In this document: positions 38,003-51,214 of the stretch, one piece after another | Position numbering within the stretch: position 1 is the first letter of the stretch | How the letters are laid out: each line of letters begins with the position of its first letter | From: Terriglobia bacterium | GTDB lineage: Bacteria > Acidobacteriota > Terriglobia > JAJPHL01 > JAPKYU01 | NCBI GenBank assembly: GCA_965223005.1 | Contig: CBDCVK010000010.1 | Span: 608,001 to 672,000 of the forward strand | Length of the DNA stretch: 64,000 nt | Direction: 5' to 3' | The notes under the pieces: generated by a model | Database searches by the model: none | Seen by the model: only the letters and a program-made list of their open reading frames with translations | Told to the model about the DNA's origin: nothing | Position numbers and translations under genes: made by a program

Positions 38003-38970
38003 TCAAGTTATGACGACATTTCCTTTTTTGTGCCCTCTATCGACATACCGGTGAGCCTCGGCAGTCTGTTCCAACCGATAGGATCTATCTATGACTGGTT
38101 TTATCTTTCCCGCCTCAGCAAGCTCTTTGAGGAAGATTAGATCTTTGGTCTTTTCGCTTGCTGGCCTCAAACCTGTGAACGTAATCATCGACCTTTTGTT
38201 GCCGATCTTTGAAGTCCATAACATTTGAAATAGAATTGCTAGCGTGGGGACAGTTGAAAGATAGACCCCTCTTTGCTTTAGCGAGCCTTTACAACGTGAA
38301 AATGAACTCTTGCCTACTGCGTCACAAATGATGTCATAGGTTTCATCGCTTTTGGCAAAATCCTCTTTAGTGTAATCAATGACTTTATCGGCTCCCAGAG
38401 ACTTCGCCAATTCCAAATTCGTGGTACTGCATACTCCGGTGACTTCCGCCCCGAAGTACTTGGCAAGCTGTACGGCAGAAGTGCCTACCGATCCAGAAGC
38501 GCCATTGATTAGGACTTCTTGTCCGCGCTGAATCTTTCCGGCATCTCTTAGGAAAGGCAGTGATGTTAATCCTCCACCACAGACGCTGGCGGCTTCACCA
38601 TAAGTCATATTGGTCGGTTTCAATGTCAGTGCCCCTTCTTCAGGCAGGCATATGTACTCGGCATGAGCGCCAAAAGCGGCATCGCTAGCCGCAAAAACCT
38701 CGTCACCTTCTTTAAATCGCTTTACATCTTTGCCAACTGCTTCAATTTCTCCGGCTAAGTTAGACCCTAGTGTAGTTATCTTTGGTCTTATGGGACCAGT
38801 GGCAAATCTTGCAATAAACGGATCACCCTTTCGAAAGGTGCAGTCCTCTGACGTAACTGTTGCCGCATATATTCTTATCAGTACTTCATTGTCCTTTGGA
38901 GTGCGTTTGTCTACCTCTTTGAGCTGAGAACATCCGGTAGCCCGTATTGTGTGTATACAATCGCTTTCAT
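38003..38970 (-). pseudogene. NAD(P)-dependent MDR-family alcohol dehydrogenase-like gene, frameshifted near the 5' end
   Basis: ATG 38970 gives [15 protein letters not shown]; about 1 nt appears to be missing near 38925 before [27 protein letters not shown]-rich relative to host. Confidence 0.8.
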
Positions 38971-39512
38971 AAGCAATATCCGTCATACTTTATCTAAATC
39001 TCTCTGAACACCCACCCAATCCAGAGTTCTAACCGGAATTTCCGATTTGACCTTCCCTTTCGCCGTTCGGTTAAACTCCTTACGCCGGAGGCAGCTTCTT
39101 GTGTCAAGCCACCGGTCCAGGTTGACGGCCTCCGACGCTCCAGGCCCCGATGCCTTAGACCCTAGTGTAGTTATCTTTGGTCTTATGGGACCAGTGGCAA
39201 ATCTTGCAATAAACGGATCACCCTTTCGAAAGGTGCAGTCCTCTGACGTAACTGTTGCCGCATATATTCTTATCAGTACTTCATTGTCCTTTGGAGTGCG
39301 TTTGTCTACCTCTTTGAGCTGAGAACTCCGGTAGCCCGTATTGTGTGTATACAATCGCTTTCATAAGCAATATCCGTCATACTTTATCTAAATCTCTCTG
39401 AACACCCACCCAATCCAGAGTTCTAACCGGAATTTCCGATTTGACCTTCCCTTTCGCCTAAACCCTTACGCCGGAGGCCTTCTTGTGTCAAGCCACCGGT
39501 CCAACGGCCTCC
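38760..39512. repeat. Tandem duplication of the dehydrogenase 5' end and upstream region (period about 395 bp)
   Basis: 38760-39064 matches 39155-39458 with a 1-nt indel; an indel-rich extension matches 39070-39133 to 39459-39512. Confidence 0.92.
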
Positions 39513-39777
39513 TTTGGATGGCATCGAGGCTCGTTTTAGCCGTTCCGCGGGCTTGTCTGGTCTGTTTCTGCTCACCAACCAGGCCCGTTGCCAACACTTT
39601 TTTCACTGGATGACTTTTGAGCGTTCGATTCGCCGTCTCTCCCGGTTCGCTGGCCCGTGGGACCTTCATGGTTCGCCACGGCACCCCATTCCTGACCGGG
39701 TTGAAAGCTGCCCGCGCCCGGAATAAGATTGCTCCCAGTCGCAGCGCACAAATGCACAATCGGAAAAGGAAGCTGCC

Positions 39778-40242
39778 ATGGAAAAAATCATCTCACGCAT
39801 GCTGGATAGCTACGAAGGCGGCGCCGTCAGCCGCCGACAATTGATCCAGGGCCTGGTTGCTGTAGCGGCGGCCGCGCAAGCTGGGTCTGCCTCCGCATCT
39901 ACGTTTCAAGGAATGGAGATCAACCATGTAGCGTTGAGGGTGACCAATGTGCCGCGCTCCCGCGATTTCTACCAAGAGCACTTTAGTCTGCCAGTCGTCC
40001 GTCAGGACAGCGGGGCCTGTTTTTTGGGAATGGGCAAGAACTTTCTGGCGCTGTTCCACAACCCGAACGCCGGGATGGACCATTTCTGCATCGCCATCAA
40101 CAACTACAAGGCCGATTCCGTGATGGCAGAGCTCGAGCGGCAGGGATTGAATCCCAGGCGGCCGGCAGGCTCCAATCGCGTGTATTTCCCGGATCCCGAC
40201 GGTCTGGAGGTGCAGGTCTCCGCTGCGGGTCACCAGCCCTGA
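39778..40242 (+). CDS. VOC/glyoxalase family protein
   Basis: INHVALRV.NV.RS.DFY, DHFCI, VYF.DPDG.EVQ; SRRQL + hydrophobic stretch resembles a Tat signal. Confidence 0.88.
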   Translation: MEKIISRMLDSYEGGAVSRRQLIQGLVAVAAAAQAGSASASTFQGMEINHVALRVTNVPRSRDFYQEHFSLPVVRQDSGACFLGMGKNFLALFHNPNAGMDHFCIAINNYKADSVMAELERQGLNPRRPAGSNRVYFPDPDGLEVQVSAAGHQP

Positions 40243-40479
40243 ACGACTTCAGGGGATGGAAGCGGTGCCGGGGTTCGCCTACATTTTCCCTCCGAAGCTA
40301 AATGACAGCCTACCTTCACCGCGGGGGTACGTATAGAACGCACCCGGATTCCGGGTTTCCCACTTGCGGGCCGGTCTCGCCGGAGTGAGTGCGGGCTGAA
40401 CCAGTACGCATGTAAAATGTTCTAAACATAATCTTTCCAAACTGTTGCATGTTAGAATCTGCTGTGCTAGGGTGAGCGC

Positions 40480-41691
40480 ATGGCCGGGACGTTCCCGCGG
40501 CGTCAGGCGGTCCGCTTGGCCGGATTGCTGAGCACCCCGTTTGTCCCGGGGTTGATTTGTCTGGAAGCGCCACCCCGCCGCGGTAAGAGCGATTTCTTGC
40601 GCCAGTTGTTCGGCGTGCTGCTGAACCAACGTGCCGTCGCCCCGGTTTTACTGAGCCTGGGCAGCCGCCGCTTGCCCGAAGGCGCGGTCGAGCAGGCGGG
40701 GGCGCAACTTCTTGGGTTTGCCGAAGGGCGTCTGCGCTCGCCCGCAGTTTTTCTGGATCGCGCATTGCTGGCTGAGCGTGAGGACGCGGCCATCTGGCAT
40801 GAATTTCTCGCAGCCGGCAGCGGCTCCCCGCCAGCGGAGCACTTCTTTTCGGCGGCGGCCGTTTTGGCCGAGCGAGTGGGACCCATCTGTCTGCTGCTCG
40901 ATGACGCTCCGGAAGAATGGTTGCGTGCAGCGGCCTCGGTAGCCTCGCCGGCGCTGGCTACGGTGGCCGCGCCCGTCTCGCCGGCCGTTCCCTCCGCGGC
41001 TCAAGTGCTGGCGCTGGAAGAACTCACGGTGCGCGAAGGGCTACTCCTGACGGAGAGTCTGGCGCGCGTTCTGGGAATTAACTTTTCCTGGGAAGCCGCC
41101 GAGCCATTCGTGGCCTACACGGGCAGCGACCCGTACGTGTTGCAGTCGGTGGTGCGTGGCGCCGCTGCAGCGGGCACGCCGCTGGACAGCCCTGCTGCCT
41201 TCGTCCGCGCGTACCTGGACCAGCTATGGCAGGGCAGCCTGGCTGCCTATTTCCGGGAGCGCCTGCCGGCAGAGCCGGGAAGCCTGGAGCGCCGTTTCGC
41301 GCTGGAGACGCTGTCGGCCGGCACGTTGGAGGCCTCGCGGTTGGCGCGCTGGCGCCATCGCATTGCCGTGGATGACCTGCTCCACCAGATGCAGCAAGGC
41401 GGCTGGGTAAGCGCGCGCGGCGCCCACTGGGCGCTGCGCTCCTGGCCGGCGGCGCGAGACTGGGCAACGCTGGAGGCATCCGCGCAGGTGCCGGATCGCG
41501 CGGCTGGCCTGCTGACGCTGCGCCTGCTGGCCGACCTGGAGAAAGCTCGTCGCGTCTGTGGAACCGCGCAGGTGGCTTCCCACATTGCCGCGGGCCTGCA
41601 GGGGCTGATGCCAACGGCGGCCGACTGGCTTGCCGAGAACGGCCTCCCCGGCGCGCAGGTGCCGGAAGTTTGCCACGTTGCCCGTACCTGA
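40480..41691 (+). CDS. Divergent P-loop NTPase-like protein, probably C-terminally truncated
   Basis: APPRRGKS Walker A, CLLLDD Walker B; TAGGGT-N6-ATG. Confidence 0.55.
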   Translation: MAGTFPRRQAVRLAGLLSTPFVPGLICLEAPPRRGKSDFLRQLFGVLLNQRAVAPVLLSLGSRRLPEGAVEQAGAQLLGFAEGRLRSPAVFLDRALLAEREDAAIWHEFLAAGSGSPPAEHFFSAAAVLAERVGPICLLLDDAPEEWLRAAASVASPALATVAAPVSPAVPSAAQVLALEELTVREGLLLTESLARVLGINFSWEAAEPFVAYTGSDPYVLQSVVRGAAAAGTPLDSPAAFVRAYLDQLWQGSLAAYFRERLPAEPGSLERRFALETLSAGTLEASRLARWRHRIAVDDLLHQMQQGGWVSARGAHWALRSWPAARDWATLEASAQVPDRAAGLLTLRLLADLEKARRVCGTAQVASHIAAGLQGLMPTAADWLAENGLPGAQVPEVCHVART

Positions 41692-41939
41692 ACGAGAGTG
41701 GAGGAGAGCTGTTGACCCAGGAGTGCGAAAAGCTGTTCGCCCGCGGAATCCGCGCGTTGCAACTGGACTTTGCCGGCGCCTCGCTGGTGAACAGTATCGG
41801 CATCTCCTTCCTGCTGGACATTGTCGAAGAGGCGGAGCACACGGCCAGACAGCTGGAGTTTTCGCGAGTCCCCGAGCACATGCTGGAACTGTTTAACCTT
41901 CTAGGAATTTGTGCCCGGGTGCCAGTGCGTCAACTATGA
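41685..41939 (+). pseudogene. STAS-domain anti-sigma factor antagonist lacking its N-terminus
   Basis: YLNESGGE..LDFAGASLVNSIGISFLL..ELFNLLG; no convincing start or RBS; stop overlaps the next ATG (ATGA). Confidence 0.65.
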
Positions 41940-43243
41940 AGGCGAGCGGAAAAGAATATCAGCGGCTGCTGTTCACGCTGGATGCGTTCACCGACCTGAG
42001 CCAGCAGGCTGTGGAGACCCGTGAGCTTGCGACGGCCAGCCGCTCGATCCTGTATTTGCTGCTGGGCTCGGTCGGCGTTCCCCGGGGGGCATTGTGGCGC
42101 TGCGATGCGGCTGGACGGTTGCACCCAATGGCGGTCAAGGGCGGGCCGGCGGGCGCTCGGCGCGGGGCGGAATTTGACCGCACCTTGCCGATGTTCAAGC
42201 GCAACGAAGCTGCCGAGTTTCTGGAGACTCCAGAACTGCTGGCCGCCAATGACAAGAGGCTGCCCAACGCGCTGCGCACCTACCTTTCACGCACGGGGCT
42301 GACGCAGGTGCTGCCGCTGGTGATGCGCGGACGTCTGTCCGGCCTGTTGGGCCTTGGCAGCCGCCTCAACGCTGTCCCGCTCACCGTGCACGAGCGCGGC
42401 GCCCTGGAGACGCTGGGGCGGTACGCCGCCGTGCTGCTCTACCAGCACGATCTGATGCAAACGCTGCGCGCGGCCGTCGAAGAGAATGTGCGCCTGTGTG
42501 AGACCCTGGCCAGCACCTACTTCGACACGGTGCAGGCTTTTTCCACCGCGATTGACGCCAAGGACGTCTACACGCGCGGCCACTCCGTGAGGGTGGCGCG
42601 CTACTCGTCGGCGCTGGCAGGACGCCTGCAACTGTCCCGCAAGGCGGCGGCCGGCATCCGCATCGGCGCCTACCTGCACGACATCGGCAAGATCGTCTTG
42701 GACCGCGCCCTGCTCAACAAGACCGGCCGCCTCAGCGACGATGAACGAAGCGAGGTGGCCTACCACCCCCTGGTGGGCGACGAGGTGCTCTCGGCGGTCA
42801 GCTTCCCCTGGCCGGAAGTTCGCAGCGTAGTCCGATCGCACCACGAGCGCGTGGACGGCAGCGGGTACCCCGACGGCCTGCAGGGCAACCAGATTCCACT
42901 GCCCGCGCGCGTGCTGGCCCTCGCCGACGCCTTCGACGCCATGACCAGCAACCGCCCGTACCGCAACCGAATGCCGCTGGATTTAGCCCTGTCAGAACTG
43001 GTGCGCTGTAGCGGCGACCAGTTCGAACCGGCGGTGGTGCGCGCTTTCTTGAAGCAGTGCCGTAGCGAAGTCGAATCCAGGGAGAAGAACGGAAAGGCGC
43101 ACAAGAACGGGGACCCGGACAGGCAACAACCGCTGCGTGTCTTCGGCCCGCTGCTGGACCGATCAGGGGGACGGGTAACCACCTCCGCCATTGACAGCCT
43201 GCTGAAAAAGCTGGGTCCGGTAGCCGCGTTGCAGCCGGCCTGA
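41936..43243 (+). CDS. GAF-like plus HD-GYP phosphohydrolase (putative cyclic dinucleotide phosphodiesterase)
   Basis: DAKD.YTRGHS.RV, LHDIGK, HHERVDGSGYPDGL, ADAFDAMTS.RPYR. Confidence 0.9.
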   Translation: MKASGKEYQRLLFTLDAFTDLSQQAVETRELATASRSILYLLLGSVGVPRGALWRCDAAGRLHPMAVKGGPAGARRGAEFDRTLPMFKRNEAAEFLETPELLAANDKRLPNALRTYLSRTGLTQVLPLVMRGRLSGLLGLGSRLNAVPLTVHERGALETLGRYAAVLLYQHDLMQTLRAAVEENVRLCETLASTYFDTVQAFSTAIDAKDVYTRGHSVRVARYSSALAGRLQLSRKAAAGIRIGAYLHDIGKIVLDRALLNKTGRLSDDERSEVAYHPLVGDEVLSAVSFPWPEVRSVVRSHHERVDGSGYPDGLQGNQIPLPARVLALADAFDAMTSNRPYRNRMPLDLALSELVRCSGDQFEPAVVRAFLKQCRSEVESREKNGKAHKNGDPDRQQPLRVFGPLLDRSGGRVTTSAIDSLLKKLGPVAALQPA

Positions 43244-43304
43244 AGCCGCCACCCTCGCCTTCGCCGAACATCGGGTGGGCAGAGGACGACAGCCAGTCCA
43301 GTGA

Positions 43305-43832
43305 TTAGTCCTGTTGCCCTTCTTCCGCTCGCTTTCTTTTCTGCTTCTTTCCTTTGGGCATCTTCTCCAGAACCTTCCGCAACCGCTGCATACTGTCCCG
43401 GGTAGTGTCAATCGTCCGGTCCAGGATAAAGCGGTAGTCGCTCAAGTCCCTGGGGTTGAGGGCCCGGAAGGATTCCAGCAGCTTCAGGAATTCGGGCTCG
43501 GCTTTCAGCACCCGTTCTACTCCCTTGCGCACGGGATCGCGCCGGTCCACGGCTTGCTCGACGTTCGCCTCAATGGCGTCAATGATCAGGTCGTATTCCG
43601 AAAGGCGGGCGTGAATTCGCCGCGCGCGACGGGCATCCTTGCCAGCCAGTTCCTTCTCCACCGCAGCCAACCGCTGCCTCGCAAATCCCACATACAGCTT
43701 CAGGCGCAGGTTCGGTTCTTGGGCCTTGCGAATCTCGCTGATTTCGCCGGGGGCCAGGAACTCACGCCACTGCGCCTGCACGGGCAGAGCGAGCGCGATG
43801 GCCAGCACTAGCGCCGCGCGGTGAGGATTCAT
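43305..43832 (-). CDS. Hypothetical secreted helical protein
   Basis: Signal peptide; start overlaps the stop of the upstream gene. Confidence 0.7.
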   Translation of the reverse strand: MNPHRAALVLAIALALPVQAQWREFLAPGEISEIRKAQEPNLRLKLYVGFARQRLAAVEKELAGKDARRARRIHARLSEYDLIIDAIEANVEQAVDRRDPVRKGVERVLKAEPEFLKLLESFRALNPRDLSDYRFILDRTIDTTRDSMQRLRKVLEKMPKGKKQKRKRAEEGQQD

Positions 43833-44314
43833 TTCTTCTTTTCCTTCCCTTTCATGATGCCCAGCAGCAGGTCCTCGCGGAGTTCGGTTAGGCGCGCGGT
43901 GATCTTCTGAATTCCTTCGCGATCCTGAACAGGCACCGCCAGGCGAAAGTCCGCTAGCCGGCGTTCCAGTTTGCGGAACGTGATCTCGGCGTCCTTGAAG
44001 CCACCTGGCTTCTTGCGAGGATTTCGCCCGGTCTTAAACAACCGGTCGTGCGCTTTCTCGCTCCAAGAAAGCATCTCCTTCAGTTTCTTCAGCCCACTCT
44101 CCGAATCGCCCTCCAAATAGAGCTTTCGACCCTCTTTGAAGCTGATTTCGGCCAGCTGCACCTCGAGGCGGGCCTTCTTAATGGGATCATACTGGCGGGC
44201 CAGCTTGGCTTCGATCTTAGCACGGTCGTCGGCGGCGGCCAGGGCCAGCACCAGGATCAACACCAGGGCCAACAAGGTCGCTACCCGGAAGCTTTGGCTC
44301 CTGTGGAAGCTCAC
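43829..44314 (-). CDS. Hypothetical secreted helical protein
   Basis: Signal peptide; overlaps neighbours by 4 nt. Confidence 0.7.
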   Translation of the reverse strand: MSFHRSQSFRVATLLALVLILVLALAAADDRAKIEAKLARQYDPIKKARLEVQLAEISFKEGRKLYLEGDSESGLKKLKEMLSWSEKAHDRLFKTGRNPRKKPGGFKDAEITFRKLERRLADFRLAVPVQDREGIQKITARLTELREDLLLGIMKGKEKKK

Positions 44315-45656
44315 CGCCTTTTCCCCTTGTCGCCTCGTTGCAGACGTCGCTTCAAGGCTTTGATGCGCTGACGGGCCTGAAATTCCTGGTTGGGAAATTG
44401 GTCGTGACTGATGGCCAGGAAGCGCTCGTAGCTTTTCATGGCCCGCTCCACGTGATCCAGTTTATCCAGGCTGATGGCGCGAAGGAAGTGTAACCAGGGG
44501 GTCTCCGGCGCCACGCGCTCTACCCGGTCCAGCACCACCAATGTGCCAGGCAAGTTCCCTTGCAGGTACAAAACATTCGCCAGATCCACATACGCATTCG
44601 GCAGATCGGACCGCAGAGCGACTGCAGCCTCCAGCTCCTTCTGGGCTGCCAGGAAATTCCGTTGCGCCGTCAGCATTTCTCCAAGCAGCAGGCGGACATC
44701 GTAGTTGCGAGGATCGGCAGCAGCCAGCTTTTGCAGCAGCGGAATAGCATCGTCCGCCCGCTCCGCCCCAACGTAGGCGCGTGCCAGGTTCCAATCGTCT
44801 TCGGGCGATGGCTTTATCTGTGCCGCTGCCTCATACTGGGCCGCCGCCTCCGCGTACTGCCTGTTCGCCAGCAACAGCGCTCCCAGGCGGCGGCGCACGG
44901 CCACATTGGAGGGCTCGCGCTCAACCAATTCGGCATAGGACCCACGGGCCTCCTCTTCTCGTCCGGTCCGCTCCAACAGCCGCGCCATTTCCACGCGAGC
45001 CGTGGTATCTGTCGGCTCCAACTGGATGGCCTGGGCCAGATGCTGCTCGGCTTCCTCAAGCTTTTTCAGCTCCACCAGCAGCCTGCCCAAGGCGTAATGG
45101 GCCGGGTGAGACTTGGGGTCCAGGGCGAGGGTTTTGCGGTAGTGCTCAACCGCCTGGGCCGAGTTGCCACTGGCCGCGACCGCATCGGCCAGCAGCAAGT
45201 GGGCCCGAGCGTCCTTGGGACGGGCAGCCACCACTGCCTCCAGATGCTGGACCGCCTCAGCCGCTTGCTTCTCTTCCAACAGCAGGATTCCCAGGTTCAG
45301 GCTGCCCTGAGTGAGTTTCGGCCGAAGCTCCAGGGCTTTCTTGTAGGCGGCAATCGCCTCGGCGCGCTCCCCCAGCATGGTGTGTGCATAGGCCAGATCA
45401 AACCAGGCCCGGTCATTCTTTGGCTCCTGCGCCGTAAGCTCCTTCAGCAGCGTCAGGGCGGCGGCGTAGTCCTTGGCGTCCAGTGCCTTTTCGGCTTTTA
45501 CGATGGCGTCTTCTACGATCGCTTCCCTGGAAGCCGGCCCTTCGGCGGAAACCGGCTCTTTGGCAGGCTTGTCTTGGGAGGCAAACAGGCAGCTTCCCAG
45601 AAGCACCACACAGGCCGCGCTCCGCCAAAGCCAGCCGTAGCCGAGTTGGATTGCAC

Positions 45657-45660
<4 letters not shown>
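44311..45660 (-). CDS. Secreted TPR protein
   Basis: Multiple TPR motifs, signal peptide. Confidence 0.85.
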
Positions 45661-48656
<2,996 letters not shown>

Positions 48657-48950
48657 CTGAGCCGAGTCCCCTTGCGAAAAACCTTAGCGCCAGGGCAATT
48701 CTTTATTATATCGCTAGGCAATAGGGGTACCCCTCCGGCAAGCGCATCTCTTCATCCCTCTCCATTGCGAGCAGTGGACCTGGCCATCGGCAGGCGGTGC
48801 TTGCCGTCGCCCTGGCGCTCATCCCAATTTCGCTCCGGTATTACTTCCGCTAGTCGGAGTTTCTCGCGAGATTCAAGCTCCCCGGAGCGAAAGAAAACAG
48901 CCCCGGCCGTAAGGCCTGGGAAACCCGGGAACATTTGCTAAGCTGGCCGG

Positions 48951-49613
48951 GTGGCTGCGCTGGAGGTGATCGTATTCGCGCGGACGCCCGCCGCCGGGCG
49001 AGTCAAGACGCGGCTGATCGGGCGTCTGACCCCCCAGCAAGCCGCCGAACTGCACCAAGCCATGATCACCGATACGGCCGCCATGGTCGCCACCCTGCCC
49101 CTGGAGGCCCAGCGCCGCATCCTGTTCAGCGAAGCGCCGGCGACGATGGCCTTTCCCAAGAGCATCGAAGTCGGACGCCAGGCGCAGGGTGATCTGGGGG
49201 CACGGCTGGTCGCCGCCATTGGAGACGCTTTCGCCGGGGGCACCGAGAAAGCGATCGTGCTGGGCAGCGACAGCCCGCACCTGCCTCCGTCGCGCATCTC
49301 GGAAGCCGTCGAGGCACTGGACACCGCCGACCTGGTGCTGGGTCCCACAGATGATGGCGGGTATTACCTGGTGGGTTGCCGAGCGGGGCGGTTTTCACCT
49401 GCGGTGTTTGCTGGGGTGGAATGGGGAAGCGATCGCGTCTTCCAGCAGACGTGCGCAGCCGCCGTTGCCGCCGGCCTCGCGATCGCGTCGCTGGCCCCCT
49501 GCTACGACCTGGATGAATGGAAAGACCTGATGCGCTTTGCCCGCGAAGCTGCACCCGCCCCGCGGACGCGCGCCCTGCTGGACGCCCTTCGCTCGGAATG
49601 CGTCGATCTGTAG
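48951..49613 (+). CDS. DUF2064/TIGR04282-type glycosyltransferase-like protein
   Basis: FARTP..GRVKTRL, QAQGDLGAR, GSDSP, VLGP.DDGGYYL, DLDE.KDL. Confidence 0.85.
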   Translation: MAALEVIVFARTPAAGRVKTRLIGRLTPQQAAELHQAMITDTAAMVATLPLEAQRRILFSEAPATMAFPKSIEVGRQAQGDLGARLVAAIGDAFAGGTEKAIVLGSDSPHLPPSRISEAVEALDTADLVLGPTDDGGYYLVGCRAGRFSPAVFAGVEWGSDRVFQQTCAAAVAAGLAIASLAPCYDLDEWKDLMRFAREAAPAPRTRALLDALRSECVDL

Positions 49614-49649
49614 CATTCCCCCCACGACGCAGCTCGCCCTAGCCGGCCG

Positions 49650-50606
49650 CTAGGCGGTCCGCTGGCTGACCTTGCTCCGGAAAAACTCCAGGGTCACGCC
49701 CAACCCCTCTTCCAGCCCTACACGGGGCTCCCAGCCGAGCAACTGGCGCGCGCGGGAAATATCCGGGCAGCGGTGCCTGGGGTCGTCTTCCGGCAGCGGG
49801 CGGAACTTGATGCCCGAACGGTTGCCGGTGAGCGACTGGATCAGCCGGGCCAGTTCCAGGATGCTCATTTCCTGTGGATTGCCCAGATTGATGGGCAGGT
49901 GCTCCGGGCGCTTCATTGCCCTGGCCATCGCGCGGGTCATGCCCTCCACCAGGTCGGAGATGTAGCAGAAGCTGCGGGTTTGCGTCCCATCGCCGTAGAC
50001 CGTCAGCGGCTGGCCAGAGAGCGCCTGCTGGAACAGATTGGGGATCACGCGCCCGTCGCCCAGCTTCATGCGCGGCCCGTAGGTATTGAAGATGCGCACA
50101 ATGCGCGTGTCCAGCCCGCTGTAGCGGTGGTAGGCCATGGTCAGGGCCTCGCCGTAGCGCTTGGCCTCGTCGTACACCGAGCGCGCCCCGACCGGATTAA
50201 CGTTCCCCCAATAGGTTTCTGGCTGCGGACGCACCTCCGGGTCGCCGTAGCACTCCGAGGTCGAGGCCTGCAGGAAGCGCGCTCCTTTTTCCAGCGCCAA
50301 CTCCAGCGCATTCTGTGTGCCCAGCGAGCCCACCCGCAACGTCTCCAGACCATGTCGGAGGTAGTCGGCAGGACTGGCGGGCGAAGCCAGGTTCAGAACC
50401 CAATCCACCGGACCCTTTACATGCAGAGGCTCCACCAGGTCGTGCTCACGGAACTGCCAGCAGGGCTGGGAGGCGAGGTGCGCCAGGTTCTCTGGAACAC
50501 CGGTCAGGAAGTTGTCCACCCCGACCACCTCATCGCCGCGTGCCAGCAGCAAATCGCTAAGGTGGGAGCCGATGAAGCCGGCCGCTCCGGTCAGCACGAT
50601 CCGCAT
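49650..50606 (-). CDS. UDP-glucuronic acid decarboxylase family SDR
   Basis: [49 protein letters not shown]. Confidence 0.92.
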   Translation of the reverse strand: MRIVLTGAAGFIGSHLSDLLLARGDEVVGVDNFLTGVPENLAHLASQPCWQFREHDLVEPLHVKGPVDWVLNLASPASPADYLRHGLETLRVGSLGTQNALELALEKGARFLQASTSECYGDPEVRPQPETYWGNVNPVGARSVYDEAKRYGEALTMAYHRYSGLDTRIVRIFNTYGPRMKLGDGRVIPNLFQQALSGQPLTVYGDGTQTRSFCYISDLVEGMTRAMARAMKRPEHLPINLGNPQEMSILELARLIQSLTGNRSGIKFRPLPEDDPRHRCPDISRARQLLGWEPRVGLEEGLGVTLEFFRSKVSQRTA

Positions 50607-50723
50607 GCGGCAAGCAGTTTGGCACAGGCCTAGGCCATGGGGGAAGAGAATGGCGAGGCAGTCGCGGCTGGCGGCCTTGCGCCGCAAACTGGCCAAACGC
50701 TCCTCGCAGTTCTGAGCAGGACG

Positions 50724-51146
50724 CTACTGCTTCAGTTCGCGCTCCAGGCGGGCAATTGCTTTGCGAACCTTCTTTGCTTTCTTCCTCTTGGGTTCCAGCT
50801 CCAGATACTTCTGATAGCTCTCCAGGGCATTCCTCAGCTCGCCCCGCTCCTCATAGGCTCGTCCCAGCTTGAAGTAGGCCGCCGCTAGGCGCGGATGCCA
50901 CTTCAGGGCTTCCCGGAAGCGCGCCACTGCGGCGGTGTACTTGCCCTTTCTCAGGTAGAAATTGCCGACCTTCATCTCTTTCTTCGCCTGGCGGGGATTC
51001 AAGGCGTACTCCACCGTCGTTTCGCCATCCGGCTCGGGGCTGGGCGCGCTGGGGTCGACGAGCACCACTTCCGGCTTTTTCTTGGGCGGGTCCTGAGGGG
51101 GCTTTTCCTGTAGCAACAACAGGGAAAGCAGAATCGGCGCGAGCAT
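50724..51146 (-). CDS. Small secreted TPR protein
   Basis: VGNFYLRKG.Y.AA..RF; TATAAT-N6-ATG. Confidence 0.8.
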   Translation of the reverse strand: MLAPILLSLLLLQEKPPQDPPKKKPEVVLVDPSAPSPEPDGETTVEYALNPRQAKKEMKVGNFYLRKGKYTAAVARFREALKWHPRLAAAYFKLGRAYEERGELRNALESYQKYLELEPKRKKAKKVRKAIARLERELKQ

Positions 51147-51214
51147 AAAGAAATTATAGTGCCAGAAAGGTTGAGGAAGGACGAACAGGAACGGAATCGT
51201 GCCCAGCGCTTCTT

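Noticed and set aside
38983-39354. 123-aa ORF as an independent gene
   Set aside because: It is the truncated, frameshifted duplicate of the dehydrogenase 5' end
39000-39620. Integron attC sites or IS ends flanking the low-GC insert
   Set aside because: No paired RYYYAAC/GTTRRRY boxes or matching terminal inverted repeats could be established by eye, and no integrase or transposase is present
48951-49613. Arsenosugar biosynthesis locus
   Set aside because: Only the DUF2064-type gene is present; no arsM, radical SAM arsS or partner GT2 gene nearby
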